From: a virus
Taxonomy: Duplodnaviria; Caudoviricetes
Virus record (IMG/VR): IMGVR_UViG_3300044541_000010
Coordinates: 1 to 56,911 of that record
Strand: one strand, 5' to 3'
Length of the DNA: 56,911 nt
Shown: piece after piece, positions 18,004 to 28,637 of the stretch
How the letters are laid out: each line of letters opens with the position of its first letter
How positions within the stretch are numbered: position 1 is the stretch's first letter
Position numbers and translations under genes: made by a program
Notes under the pieces: generated by a model
What the model was told of the DNA's origin: nothing
What the model saw: the letters and a program-made list of their open reading frames with translations, nothing else
The model's database searches: none

Positions 18004-18897
18004 ATGTGGTGGATTATCGGAGTCCTCGCGGTCTGCATCGGCGGGGCGTGTGTGGCCCAGTGGCGTGAGTGGCACGTGAAGCAGGGCACGGCCGGACGGG
18101 ACGTTGAGACCGACTACCTGAAGGACGACGGACAGCCGGCGATCGAGGGTCGGTGGGACACGTCGCCCGGATCGGTGATGCAGTTCCGCGAGGACGAGCC
18201 GCGACCGGTCGTCATCCAGGTGACCCATCCGCCCCGGACTGGACGGTCGCCGATGGGTGATATCCGGAAGATGAAGATCCGGGACCTGCCGGAGATGTTC
18301 GACGTCGTTGATGCGGAGGTAGTGCCGGAGTTCACGCCTGACCGCGCACTGGACCCGTTCCCGGAGCTGTATGGCCCGGCCGAGATGGCGCGTCGGGAGA
18401 TGCGGTTGCGAACGTGGGTCAAGGTGCACCCGGACGAAGAGCCTCCTGCGTCTCGACTGCCATCACGTGATCCGGTGTCTACCGCCCAGCACATTGCGGA
18501 GATAATCGTGGGTGAGCACACCGGCGCTGACGAGACGTGGGCTGACACGCTGGCCGACATCAAGGACGGGCCGGAGGGGAGGCTGCTGCCCATCGGTGTG
18601 GCCGCACCCGACATCGACGACTTCTACGCGAGCCTGTCGGCCGACGACATCGAGGCGGCGCGTTGGTCGGCGGAGCTGGCCGCGTGGGACCGCGAGACCG
18701 AGCGCGACTTCCGTCGGCTGGACGACGTCCTGGAGGCCGAGCGCCAGCGGGTCATCCGCGCGCTGACCGAGACGTGGGGTCTGGGGTTCCGGGACGAGTG
18801 CAAGGCCATCGACATCCGTGACGCCGAGCTGCACCAGCGGATGATCGACGCGGAGCTGGCGGCCATCGCGGGCGCTGACACGTTGGTGATGGCGTGA
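18004..18897 (+). CDS. Hypothetical protein with N-terminal membrane anchor
   Basis: AAGGAG RBS; MWWIIGVLAVCIGGACVA. Confidence 0.65.
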   Translation: MWWIIGVLAVCIGGACVAQWREWHVKQGTAGRDVETDYLKDDGQPAIEGRWDTSPGSVMQFREDEPRPVVIQVTHPPRTGRSPMGDIRKMKIRDLPEMFDVVDAEVVPEFTPDRALDPFPELYGPAEMARREMRLRTWVKVHPDEEPPASRLPSRDPVSTAQHIAEIIVGEHTGADETWADTLADIKDGPEGRLLPIGVAAPDIDDFYASLSADDIEAARWSAELAAWDRETERDFRRLDDVLEAERQRVIRALTETWGLGFRDECKAIDIRDAELHQRMIDAELAAIAGADTLVMA

Positions 18898-19067
18898 AGA
18901 CGTCCGAGCTGATCGGGGTGCTGGCCGCGCGCATGGCCGAGCACGGCGACATGGAGGTCACGTTCTTCGATGACGAGCCATGCCTCTACGTTCCAATCAC
19001 CGATGTGCGGGTGACCAAGGACTTCGGTCGCCCGGTCGACGTGATGGTTCTGGGCGAGTCGTCGTGA
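18894..19067 (+). CDS. Hypothetical protein
   Basis: Translated by hand: VKTSELIGVLAARMAEHGDMEV...; GTGA overlaps at both ends. Confidence 0.55.
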   Translation: MKTSELIGVLAARMAEHGDMEVTFFDDEPCLYVPITDVRVTKDFGRPVDVMVLGESS

Positions 19068-19326
19068 AGTGGTGGCGCGCACTGGTCGCGTGGTACCGGT
19101 ACGGCATCTACCGGTGCCCTGAGTGGTCCGCAGACGGCCGTGCCCGGTGTCCCGGCGTCATCGGACCCGACGGTGTGTGCGACGTCTGTGGGTACGCGGA
19201 ATGATCGTGCGAGCGTTCGCGTCCATCAAGCGGGGAGTTGATGAAGCCCCGATGTGGATGTGGTGGACGATCGGTGTTCTATGGTTCGTGGTCTGGTGGC
19301 CGTGGTGACCGGCGATCCCGAGGAGA

Positions 19327-19577
19327 TGAGTCTGGGCGAGCAACTGACCGATCGGGTCCAGAGTGCTCTCTCGGAGGTGATGTACGCGCATGACAAGTCG
19401 ATGCCGGTGCGATGGGTGCTGGTCGTCGAGTGCATGGAGGAAGACGGCCGCACGACCATGAGCATGGGCCAGTCTCACGGGCTCGCCTCGTGGGAGATCA
19501 TCGGCATGGCGGGGTACGCGCATCAAATGGTGCAGGCGGCTGTCATCGCCAAGACGTTACGGGAGGAATCGGCATGA
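19327..19577 (+). CDS. Hypothetical protein
   Basis: GAGGAG RBS; ATGA overlap with JAB gene. Confidence 0.55.
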
Positions 19578-19951
19578 GGGAGTTCATCACCAAGCGCCTG
19601 CTGTACGAGGCGCGGGCACACCGACCGTTTGAGGCGTGCGGCCTGCTGATGGCTCGACCCGACCAAGGCGTGTCGTGGATCTCCAACCTGATGAACGTCC
19701 ACCCCGACGCGCTCAACCACTTCCGCATCGACGACGACGACCTGATGCAGGCGTATCACCGGGCCGAGGGGTTGGGCTACTCGGTGGTCGGCTATTGGCA
19801 CTCACATGTCGACACGCCGGCCAAGCCCTCGGGGTACGACATCGAGCGCACCGTGCCCGGTCTCATCTCCGTGATCGTCTCGCTGCTCGGCCACGGCGAC
19901 ATCACCGCATGGGACGGCCAGATACCATATGGAGGACATCTGCTCGATTAA
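19574..19951 (+). CDS. JAB/MPN+ (Mov34) metalloprotease
   Basis: PFEACGLL ... YWHSH....AKPSGYD, an intact E...HxH...S..D JAMM motif. Confidence 0.9.
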   Translation: MREFITKRLLYEARAHRPFEACGLLMARPDQGVSWISNLMNVHPDALNHFRIDDDDLMQAYHRAEGLGYSVVGYWHSHVDTPAKPSGYDIERTVPGLISVIVSLLGHGDITAWDGQIPYGGHLLD

Positions 19952-19960
19952 GGAGGCCCC

Positions 19961-21919
19961 ATGCCGTTGCCCGCCAGCCTGTCGCTGAGGACCGTAACCT
20001 TCCAGGCCGAGAAGGGCGACGGTACGCCGGAGACCGGTACGGTCACGTTCACCCGAGCTGCCGTGATCCAGTCGCCCGGAGACAACCTGTTCATCACGCC
20101 GTTCGCCACGTCCGTAGATCTCGACGTTGACGGCGCGATGTCAGTAGACCTGCCCGTGACCGATGATCCCGACTGGTCACCCCCGTTCAACTACGCCATT
20201 CACATCGAGCTGTCCGCGTGGGAGTTCAAGGGCTCGCTGTCATTGCCCACGTCTCTCAACGACCTCGACCTGGCCGACGTGCTGCCGACCACACCCGCGA
20301 CACCCGCGTCTGCGTACGTCTTGACGTCGTCTGTGGGCGTGCCTGGTGGACCGGCCGGACCGCTCGACGTCAACGGCCAGGTACCCGCCGAGCAGTTCGG
20401 CGGCGCTGGTCTGGGCACGGTGACGCAGGTCAACGGCAAGGACCCGGACGTCTCGGGTCACGTCACGCTGACGCCGGCCGACGTCGGCGCGATGCCCACA
20501 GACCCAGACCTCGTCACGATCGCGGCGCTCAGCCCGACCGCAGGCAACGTGATCCAGTCGGTTGCGGGCGTGTGGTCGTCGGTCACGCCAGCCGCGCTGA
20601 AGACCTCGCTGGTGTTGGCCAAGAGTGACGTCGGACTCGGCGCTGTCGACAACACGTCCGACGCGGCGAAGCCGGTCAGCACTGCGACACAGACGGCGCT
20701 TGACGGCAAGCAGCCGCTCGACTCGGACCTGACCGCCATCGCCGCGCTGTCCGCGACTAACGACGACGTGATCCAGCGCAAGGCTGGCGCGTGGGTGAAC
20801 CGCTCACCCGCGCAACTCAAGACCGACCTGGCCCTCACCAAGTCGGATGTGGGGCTGGCATCGGTCGACAACACGAGCGACGTCAACAAGCCCGTCTCCA
20901 CGGCCACGGCCACGGCCCTGGGCAACAAGGCCGATCTGGTCGGTGGCAAGCTAGACCAGACGCAGTTGCCTGACATCGCGCTCGTGCAGTACCTCGGGTC
21001 GGTGGCTAGTCAGGCGGCGATGCTCGCCCTGTCCGGTCAGCCGGGTGACTGGGCCATCCGGTCGGATCTCAGCACCACATGGATCATCACCGCGTCACCT
21101 CCGTCGATCCTAGCCAACTGGACGCAACTGTCATACCCGACCGCGCCGGTCACTTCGGTCGCGGGCAAGACGGGTGCCGTGGCGTTGGTCAAGGCGGACG
21201 TTGGCCTGGGGAACGTGGACAACACCGCCGATGCCAGCAAGGCCTTCACGACGGCCCAGATTACGTCTGGCGTGTTCGACATCGCGCGCATCCCCACGGG
21301 TGCCACCGGCACCACTGTGCCGTTCGGCAACGACTCACGGCTGTCGGACTCGCGCACACCGACGGGCGCGGCGGGTGGTTCGCTCACCGGCACCTACCCC
21401 AACCCGACCATCGCGGCGCTGGCCATCACCAATGCCATGATCGCGTCGGGTGCGGCCATCGCCCTCAGCAAGCTGGCCACCGACCCACTGGCGCGAGCCA
21501 ACCACACCGGGACGCAACTCGCCGCCACCATCTCCGACTTCACTGCGGCCGTCAACGCGTTGTATCCGACGCCGGTCCAGATCTCGACCGACTCGGGCTT
21601 CGGGGCGTACGCGGCGAACGTGGCCAACGGCACGCCGGTCCCCAAGTACCAGAACTGCCCCGGACTGCGGACGTTCCTGTCGGGCCGGCTCGCCATTACG
21701 GCCAGCGCAACCATCTCCACCGGTACGACGATGTTCACCCTGCCGACCGCATGCCGGCCCGCGCAGTTGGTCCAGTTCACCATCCGGACCGTGGGGTCGT
21801 CGACTCAGTGCGTGTTCACGCTCGACACAGACGGCACGTTCAAGAACGTGTCTGCGTTCACGGCCTCGGGCACCGGAGACACCATCGCCCTCGACGTCAT
21901 CAACTACGTCCATGCGTAA
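19961..21919 (+). CDS. Fibre / minor virion protein
   Basis: Repeats KSDVGLGxVDNTSD..KPVSTAT, VTQVNGK/VTSVAGKTG, RANHTGTQ; C-terminal FTLP..CRP receptor-binding-like domain. Confidence 0.8.
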   Translation: MPLPASLSLRTVTFQAEKGDGTPETGTVTFTRAAVIQSPGDNLFITPFATSVDLDVDGAMSVDLPVTDDPDWSPPFNYAIHIELSAWEFKGSLSLPTSLNDLDLADVLPTTPATPASAYVLTSSVGVPGGPAGPLDVNGQVPAEQFGGAGLGTVTQVNGKDPDVSGHVTLTPADVGAMPTDPDLVTIAALSPTAGNVIQSVAGVWSSVTPAALKTSLVLAKSDVGLGAVDNTSDAAKPVSTATQTALDGKQPLDSDLTAIAALSATNDDVIQRKAGAWVNRSPAQLKTDLALTKSDVGLASVDNTSDVNKPVSTATATALGNKADLVGGKLDQTQLPDIALVQYLGSVASQAAMLALSGQPGDWAIRSDLSTTWIITASPPSILANWTQLSYPTAPVTSVAGKTGAVALVKADVGLGNVDNTADASKAFTTAQITSGVFDIARIPTGATGTTVPFGNDSRLSDSRTPTGAAGGSLTGTYPNPTIAALAITNAMIASGAAIALSKLATDPLARANHTGTQLAATISDFTAAVNALYPTPVQISTDSGFGAYAANVANGTPVPKYQNCPGLRTFLSGRLAITASATISTGTTMFTLPTACRPAQLVQFTIRTVGSSTQCVFTLDTDGTFKNVSAFTASGTGDTIALDVINYVHA

Positions 21920-22114
21920 CGTCTGGCTGGCCCTGTGGGCCGTACTCGCGAGGCGCCGTGTGGTCGTCACACGATCATTTGTAGTCGATGCGCAGTTCGA
22001 CCGCGCGCCCGACTTGAACATCGCTCGGCTGGGCGAGGGTGAAGAGGCCATGGGCCGAACACCTCGCCGTCCGTGGCGCGTCTGATAAAGTCGATCTTCC
22101 ACAGAGGGGGAGAC

Positions 22115-22717
22115 ATGCCAAGGATTCAGGGCGCGGGTAACGCCAAGGGACCGATCGACGAGGCTACCGGCCTGTCGGTCACCCCGCAGCAGATCCGTGC
22201 CCGGATGCGCCGACGTGGCGTCAACATGTCACGTGATGTGGACCTCTACGTTGAGCACGTTTACAGGAAGCCGTTGGCCGAATGGGACCTGGAGGAGCTG
22301 GCTCGGGGCAGGCCACGGAACAAGCATGGTACCTTCTCCGGCGCGTGCCCCCAGTGGGTTACGCCAGTGGTCATGCGCGAGGCCAAACGACGGCTAGCGC
22401 AGAACACGTTCGGTGAGTTGGCTATCCACCTTCCACTGGCCATCCAGGTGATCGTCAACCTCATGAAGTCTAAGGCATTGGACGAGAGGGGCCGGCCACT
22501 GGTTGACGCGGCAACCAAGTTCAAGGCTGCTGCATTCCTCGTTGAGCACGTGATGGGGAAGCCGAAGGCATCGGTCGAGATCGAAGGTGCGGACGTCGTG
22601 AAGTCGTTCTTGGCGAATGCGCTCGTGCTCGACGACGGCGACCCGGCGCACCCGGTGGTGGACGGTCAGTTCTACGAGTCACCCGACGATGAAGAGGAAG
22701 ACGATGATGACGAGTGA
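22115..22717 (+). CDS. Probable terminase small subunit
   Basis: Upstream of TerL; helical, with EHVMGKPK and an acidic tail. Confidence 0.55.
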   Translation: MPRIQGAGNAKGPIDEATGLSVTPQQIRARMRRRGVNMSRDVDLYVEHVYRKPLAEWDLEELARGRPRNKHGTFSGACPQWVTPVVMREAKRRLAQNTFGELAIHLPLAIQVIVNLMKSKALDERGRPLVDAATKFKAAAFLVEHVMGKPKASVEIEGADVVKSFLANALVLDDGDPAHPVVDGQFYESPDDEEEDDDDE

Positions 22718-23114
22718 TGCGCGAGGTCTTGTTGGCCCCCCGTGCCGTGTACCTCAGCCGCCCGGATGGCATTGCCTGCGGAGTGAGCATCCGGAGCGAA
22801 CGCCGTGCGCGACCGAGCAGGACCAGGGTGACTGCGGGACCTGTGGCCAGTCGTGGCAGTGGCACATGGATGAGCGTCCACGGCACGACTACACACCCCC
22901 AGGCGGCGCTGGAGGCATCAACGTCACGCCACCGCGCACGGACACCCCGCCGACGGCTCGGGTCATCTCAGGGCCGTTCGACCCGGTTCTCCGGCAGGCG
23001 CTCATGGACGCGGGCATCATCACGCCCGAGATGCTACGTGCGGCCGAGGAGAAGATCATGGTCACAACCAACCAGTTCCGAGAGGTGATGCGCGATGACC
23101 ACACCCCTGCCTGA
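22707..23114 (+). CDS. Hypothetical protein (Cys/His N-terminus)
   Basis: Packed ORF; start approximate. Confidence 0.5.
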   Translation: MTSDARGLVGPPCRVPQPPGWHCLRSEHPERTPCATEQDQGDCGTCGQSWQWHMDERPRHDYTPPGGAGGINVTPPRTDTPPTARVISGPFDPVLRQALMDAGIITPEMLRAAEEKIMVTTNQFREVMRDDHTPA

Positions 23115-23394
23115 GCAGCCGGTCGGCAAGGACATCGGGCTCGACCCGTTGCGCCCGGAGCTCCACATCCAGATCGTCCCGCCGACCGGATCGCGCGACG
23201 TGCTGACGAACCCGAACGACTACCGCACCGGGTCCGAGTTCGGCGGTGTGGCCGGCATGGTCCAGCCGGTGCCGCACGTGCCGACTGCAAGCGAGCGCCT
23301 ACGCCAGGTGTACGCCATCAGTCCGGACGACGACGGCACTCGGCCCGACAGCGTGCTGCCGCCAGAGCTGGAAGGGGACTTCCGTCCGCGATGA
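23095..23394 (+). CDS. Hypothetical protein
   Basis: Packed ORF. Confidence 0.5.
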   Translation: MTTPLPEQPVGKDIGLDPLRPELHIQIVPPTGSRDVLTNPNDYRTGSEFGGVAGMVQPVPHVPTASERLRQVYAISPDDDGTRPDSVLPPELEGDFRPR

Positions 23395-23645
23395 AGGCCG
23401 CAGACATCGTGTCCATCATTAGCGCGCTGGCCGTACTCATCACGGCAGCTACCGCGCTGGTGGTTGCGCTGAAATCCCTCCGGGCCGTCAAGGAGGTCAA
23501 GGAAGTCGCCGTGGATGTCCAGTCGAAGGTGAACGGCATGCACTCCAATAGCATGGCTCGCGAGGCACAGCTGTCGACGGTCATCACCGACGGCGGGGGC
23601 ACTGTGCCCAGCGATCCCAACGTCGAGCAGTTGCCGACGTCATGA
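23391..23645 (+). CDS. Small membrane protein
   Basis: N-terminal TM IVSIISALAVLITAATALVVAL. Confidence 0.6.
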   Translation: MKAADIVSIISALAVLITAATALVVALKSLRAVKEVKEVAVDVQSKVNGMHSNSMAREAQLSTVITDGGGTVPSDPNVEQLPTS

Positions 23646-23772
23646 ACCGGGTAGCCGTCAGGATAGTGAAACGTGGTGACAAGTTCGTAGTCATCGGTAG
23701 GAAGACGTCGGTGGTGTGCGACACGTTCGACGAGGCCTGGGAGGCTAGCGTCCCGTACAACGCCGGGGTGAA

Positions 23773-25140
23773 GTGGTGACTGCCACCGCCCTCAGCAAGT
23801 CCGGGTACTTCCGGGACATCGGCTACGAGCCGCACGCCGGTCAGCTCGACTTCCACATGGCCCGTGCGCGGTTCAAGGTGCTGAGGTGTGGTCGACGGTG
23901 GGGCAAGACGTTCGCTGGCGCGCATGAGGGCGAGCCCAACATCTTCGTACCGTGCCCGTTCACTGGTGAGGCGCAGGTCGGGTGGATCGTCGGCCCGAAC
24001 TACACCGACGCCGAGAAAGAGTTCCGGGTGGTGTACGACACCCTGCGGAAGATCGGTGTCGAGCGCGACGCCATCAAGTTCCAGAACAATGTGGACTCGG
24101 GCTCGCTCCATATCAAGACGTCATGGGGTGCCGAGATCATCGGGAAGTCGGCGGCGCACCCGGAGAAGCTCGTGGGTGAGGGCCTGAACTGGGTGCTGTT
24201 CGTTGAGGCCGGCATGCACAAGCGCAAGACGTGGCAGATGATCCGGCCGGCGTTGTCGGACCGCCGTGGGTGGGCGATGTTCTCCGGTGTGCCCGAGGGG
24301 GCGTCAGAGAACAGCCTGCTCTACGCGTTCCACCAGCGCGGGCAGTCCACACGGTTCCCTAACTGGCGCTCGTGGCACATGCCCTCATGGACGAACGACA
24401 TCGTCTTCCCGGGTGGCCGCACGGACCCCGAGATCCTGGAGGCCGAGGCCGACCTGACCGAGGACGAGTTCGCCCGGCAGTACGGGGCTGAGTTCACCGA
24501 TAAGACGGGTCAGGTGATGAAGGAATGGGACGACGACATTCACCTGGCCGACCTGGAGTATGACCCGTCGTGGGCCACGTACATGGCCGTAGACTACGGG
24601 TTCACGAACCCCTTCGTGATCTTGTTCATCCAGGTGGGGCCGTGGGGTGACATCCGCGTGCTACGCGAGTTCCGCCGTCAGGAGCTCGATACCGAAGAGG
24701 TGTGCCGGGACCTGATGCTGGAGTACCCCGGCCTGGTACGGGTGACCACCAAGATCTATCCGGACCCGGCCGAGCCGGACGACACGCGTACCATGGTCCG
24801 CAAGTTGCATGTGCCCGCGTCGAAGAACACGGGCGGTCCGCTCAAGATTCGACTATCGCTGATCCGGCGCAGCTTGAAGGTGCGTAACCCGCACCTGCCC
24901 GACGGCGACACAGAGAAGCGGCCGACTCTTACAATCGACCGAACGTACTGCAAGGAATTGGCATGGGAGATGCGTGAGGGCTACAAGTGGCCCGAGAAGA
25001 AGTCCGAGCAGCGATCCGACAGCGAGAATCCCGTAGACGGGAACAATCACGGCGTAGAGGCATTGGGGCGGTTCTACCGAGGTTACTTCGGTAAGGGCCC
25101 GGCTGGTGGCTCGTCCGTCTCAGATGCAGATATGGGGTGA
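23773..25140 (+). CDS. terL: Terminase large subunit
   Basis: PHAGQ, CGRRWGKT, GEGL..VLFVEA, AVDYGF.NP nuclease domain, NHGVEAL. Confidence 0.95.
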   Translation: MVTATALSKSGYFRDIGYEPHAGQLDFHMARARFKVLRCGRRWGKTFAGAHEGEPNIFVPCPFTGEAQVGWIVGPNYTDAEKEFRVVYDTLRKIGVERDAIKFQNNVDSGSLHIKTSWGAEIIGKSAAHPEKLVGEGLNWVLFVEAGMHKRKTWQMIRPALSDRRGWAMFSGVPEGASENSLLYAFHQRGQSTRFPNWRSWHMPSWTNDIVFPGGRTDPEILEAEADLTEDEFARQYGAEFTDKTGQVMKEWDDDIHLADLEYDPSWATYMAVDYGFTNPFVILFIQVGPWGDIRVLREFRRQELDTEEVCRDLMLEYPGLVRVTTKIYPDPAEPDDTRTMVRKLHVPASKNTGGPLKIRLSLIRRSLKVRNPHLPDGDTEKRPTLTIDRTYCKELAWEMREGYKWPEKKSEQRSDSENPVDGNNHGVEALGRFYRGYFGKGPAGGSSVSDADMG

Positions 25141-25144
25141 ACTG

Positions 25145-26623
25145 GTGGCGGCCTTCACGCCATACACCACGAGTGCCGGCCTGTTCGTCGGTGTCCGGCC
25201 GTCGTGGATTCCGGACGAGCTAGACCTACAGAGGATCATGTCGTACATCACGTACGAGGAGATCTACTGGAACGTCCCCGACGTGCTGGCCATCAGCCTG
25301 CGCGGGTCGAACGAACTGCCGATCTACGTGCCCAGTGCGATGGCCATCGTAGACGCCATGAACCGCTACACCGCGCCGGGCTTCGCCGTGTCCGTGGCGG
25401 GCACCTCGACGGGCGACGTGGCGCAGATGCAGGCGATGCTGGAGGCGTTCACGCGGCGCGAGCGGTTCGCGTCGAAGTTCAACGGGTCGAAGCGGTACAA
25501 CATCATCCGGGGCGACTGGGTCTGGCACATGACCGCCGACCCGGCCAAGCCCGAGGGATCGCGCATCAGCCTCACGTCGGTAGACCCGGGAATGTACTTC
25601 CCGATCACCGACGACGAGGACGTAGAGAAGATCCTGGGCGTGCACCTGGTCGAGTTCATCAACACCCCCGAGGGGCCGCGCATCCGGCGACTGACCTACC
25701 GGAAGGTGCCTCGGGCCGACGGCACGAACCAGATCACGGTCGAAGACGGAATCTTCCTCACCGACAAGTGGGATGGCCCGACCGACCGGCCGGAGAGGGT
25801 GCTGCTCGCCCCGACGCCGCTGCCCGACGCCATCACGTCCATCCCCGTCTATCACATCAAGAACACCGAGGAGCCCGGTAACCCGTTCGGTTCGTCGAAC
25901 CTGCGCGGCCTTGAGCGGCTGCTCGGCGGCATCAACCAGACCATGAGCGACGAGGACCTGGCGCTGGCGCTCGAAGGCATCGGCATGTACGCGACCGACA
26001 GCAGCCAGCCGATCGACCCGGTAACCAAGGAGTTGGTGCCGTGGCGTCTCGGCCCCGGTCGTGTGGTCCACTACGACGGATCGAAGTGGGACCGCGTCCA
26101 GGGTGTGTCTGGGCTGGGTGACTCGTACGGCGCGCACTACAACCGCCTCTGGGAAGCGTTGAAGCGGTCGGGTTCCACACCGGACATCGCGCTCGGGTCG
26201 GTCGACGTGTCGATCGCTGCCTCCGGCGTGGCGCTGCAGTTGCAGCTCGGGCCGATCATCGCGGCGGCGTCCGAGAAGAACCAGCTCATCCTCGACACCC
26301 ACAATCAGATGTTCTTCGACTGGTCGACGATGTGGCTGCCGGCGTACGAGGACACGACGCTGGAGGGCGTGATCCTGACGTGCGGCGTCGGCTCGGCCAT
26401 CCCCGTGGACCGCGTCCAGCGGTTCGCTGAGCTCAACGACATGTTGGATCGTGGCGTCATCACGCGCGACTTCTACCGGTCCGAGTGCGTCAAGCTCGGC
26501 TACGTGTTCCCGACCGACATCGGTGCCAAGGCCGACGCCGAGCTGGCCGACAAGAACGCTGCTGCCGACCCGTTCGCCGCGCGGCTGAGCACCGAGGCGG
26601 GGACCGGTGGCCAGCCCGCCTGA
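25145..26623 (+). CDS. Portal protein
   Basis: About 490 aa directly after TerL; IPVYHI.N....PFG.S.L, ASGVAL motifs; start approximate. Confidence 0.85.
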   Translation: MAAFTPYTTSAGLFVGVRPSWIPDELDLQRIMSYITYEEIYWNVPDVLAISLRGSNELPIYVPSAMAIVDAMNRYTAPGFAVSVAGTSTGDVAQMQAMLEAFTRRERFASKFNGSKRYNIIRGDWVWHMTADPAKPEGSRISLTSVDPGMYFPITDDEDVEKILGVHLVEFINTPEGPRIRRLTYRKVPRADGTNQITVEDGIFLTDKWDGPTDRPERVLLAPTPLPDAITSIPVYHIKNTEEPGNPFGSSNLRGLERLLGGINQTMSDEDLALALEGIGMYATDSSQPIDPVTKELVPWRLGPGRVVHYDGSKWDRVQGVSGLGDSYGAHYNRLWEALKRSGSTPDIALGSVDVSIAASGVALQLQLGPIIAAASEKNQLILDTHNQMFFDWSTMWLPAYEDTTLEGVILTCGVGSAIPVDRVQRFAELNDMLDRGVITRDFYRSECVKLGYVFPTDIGAKADAELADKNAAADPFAARLSTEAGTGGQPA

Positions 26624-28613
26624 GTTCCTCCCGTTCCGCCGAGTCCAGGCCAAGACCGACGCCGAGACGAAGGCGGCACTGGAGGCAGCCGCCAAGAGTA
26701 TCCGCGCGACGCTGGCTGCGCTTGCACTCAAGCCGCCGGGCATTGGCAACCGGGTGCGCGCCGCTCAGCTGACGCTGGTGCTCGCGTCCATCGCCAAGAC
26801 CATCACGCGGCTGTGGGGTACCGACATCCTCGGTATCACGATGATGGGGTCGAAGGATGCCGCGAAGGCAGCTGAGGAGGCCACCAAGCTCCTGACGTCG
26901 GTCGCGTATGGCGCATTGGACCCCGACGCGGCTGAGGCGCTTACACGCGGTCTGGCGGCCACTGCCGAGGCGGGCATTGAGTCGTTCTTCGCTCGCGTAC
27001 CCAAGACGTTGTCTGAGGCGGTGTACCGCAACAGCAAGGACACGGTCAAGAAGGTCCACGATCTCATCAACGTCGGACTGATCTCGGGGCTGTCGGCCAA
27101 GGAGTTGGCCGCGTCGGTGTACGACCACATCAGCCCGACCACACCGGGCGGGGCCTCGTACGCGGCCATGCGCCTGGCGCGCACCGAGATAAACAACGCC
27201 TTCCACGAGCAGCAGAAGGCGGGTGGGTTCCGACCCGGCGTGCGCGGCGTCAAGTGGAACCTGTCCGAGTCACACCCGCGCAAGGACTTGTGCAACGTCT
27301 ACGCCGACCACCCGAACAAGTTGGGTGTGGGCGTGTACGCGGCGGGTGACGTCCCGGACAAGCCGCATCCGCACTGCTTCTGCTTCCTGACCTACGTCAT
27401 GCTCAGCCAGACGGACTTCGCCACCGCGCTGGCCGCTGGTGCGTTCGACGCCGAGATAGACAAGCGCACGAAAGAGAACCTCGCGCTGCTGGGTGTGTCG
27501 AGCGACGCCGAGACCAAGAAGAAGGTCAAGACGGCCGACGACAAGGAAGCCGCCAAGGAGAAGAAGTGGAAGGGCAAGCCGGCACCGAAGGAGCCGACCA
27601 AGCCGACCGTGCCGCAGGTCGATCGCGCAGCGTTCTATGACGGCTGGCTCTCCAAGGTCAAGGCACGGTACGAGGCGCAGTTCCCCGGCCAGAAGTTGGA
27701 GAACTCCACCAAGTGGTCGTATGTGAAGCGAGTCGTCGAGAAGGGCGACCACGTCACCATCGACTTCCTCAAGAAGGAACAGTACCTCGACGACAAGCTG
27801 GCGCAGGAGGCCAAGGAAATCGGGGGCAAGATCGTACTTGCGGCGGCCAAGGACACGACGTACTCCACTGCGCTGAAGAAGTACGAGGCGAACCTGCGCA
27901 CGTTCAAGCGCAACCACGCCGACTGGAAGGCTGTGAACGGCATCACGGTGCAGCTCACCGGCATGGACGCACCCGCGTTCGATCCGACCACCGTGGACGA
28001 GGGGCTGGTGTGGGCGAAGAAGCACTTCCCTGAGCCGACCGGCAACGAGCGCGCGGCCATCACTGACTACACCAGTTCGTCGTATCGATCGTGGAACAAC
28101 GACCTGCGGACCAACGCCAGCGGACAGAAGCCACCGGCCGGTCATTGGAAGCAGAAGACGACTGACGCTGACGCTGGCATGAAGAAGCTACCGTTCCCTG
28201 AGGATGCAATCGTTCGACGAGGCACCAACTTCGACGAGTTCCTATTCCCGACGGGTGAGCGAGTGTTCAGCGCACCACCGCCCGACCCGTCGAGTCTGAT
28301 CGGTAGCGTCCAGGTGCAACACGGCTACATGAGCACGTCCATCGCACCGGACCCAGCGTTCTCTGGGAACGTTCGACTGGTGTTGCGCGTACCGGCCAGT
28401 CATCACGGCTCGTATGTCGACCCGTTCTCAGTCAACCAGGGTGAGAATGAGATCTTGCTGGAACGATCCACACAGTTCTACATCCATGACGCCTACCAGT
28501 CGAGCTGGGGGCAGTGGGTCATCGAGGCCGAGGTGATTCCGTCTGACACCCCGCCATCGGACTACGCAGGTCTTTCACCCATGCCAAGGACGGTAAAACG
28601 GGTGAAGGCGTGA
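26607..28613 (+). CDS. MuF-like minor head protein fused to a C-terminal VIP2-like ADP-ribosyltransferase
   Basis: RLARTEINNA, W.LS..H...D.C, PHPHCFC (MuF); YT...Y..WN..LR, VRRG, GYMSTS, ENEILL (R-S-ExE ART). Confidence 0.88.
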   Translation: MASPPEFLPFRRVQAKTDAETKAALEAAAKSIRATLAALALKPPGIGNRVRAAQLTLVLASIAKTITRLWGTDILGITMMGSKDAAKAAEEATKLLTSVAYGALDPDAAEALTRGLAATAEAGIESFFARVPKTLSEAVYRNSKDTVKKVHDLINVGLISGLSAKELAASVYDHISPTTPGGASYAAMRLARTEINNAFHEQQKAGGFRPGVRGVKWNLSESHPRKDLCNVYADHPNKLGVGVYAAGDVPDKPHPHCFCFLTYVMLSQTDFATALAAGAFDAEIDKRTKENLALLGVSSDAETKKKVKTADDKEAAKEKKWKGKPAPKEPTKPTVPQVDRAAFYDGWLSKVKARYEAQFPGQKLENSTKWSYVKRVVEKGDHVTIDFLKKEQYLDDKLAQEAKEIGGKIVLAAAKDTTYSTALKKYEANLRTFKRNHADWKAVNGITVQLTGMDAPAFDPTTVDEGLVWAKKHFPEPTGNERAAITDYTSSSYRSWNNDLRTNASGQKPPAGHWKQKTTDADAGMKKLPFPEDAIVRRGTNFDEFLFPTGERVFSAPPPDPSSLIGSVQVQHGYMSTSIAPDPAFSGNVRLVLRVPASHHGSYVDPFSVNQGENEILLERSTQFYIHDAYQSSWGQWVIEAEVIPSDTPPSDYAGLSPMPRTVKRVKA

Positions 28614-28637
28614 TACCCTGGGGGTGGAGGTAACACC

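Noticed and set aside
24181-24215. TerL Walker B reads VEA rather than DEA
   Set aside because: The catalytic Glu is retained, and I recall similar non-Asp variants in other actinophage terminases; not evidence of inactivation
25226-26749. Long antisense or alternate-frame ORFs (also 30158-31650, 33784-34956, 55206-56603)
   Set aside because: Expected shadows of high-GC codon bias opposite real genes; no motifs or RBS
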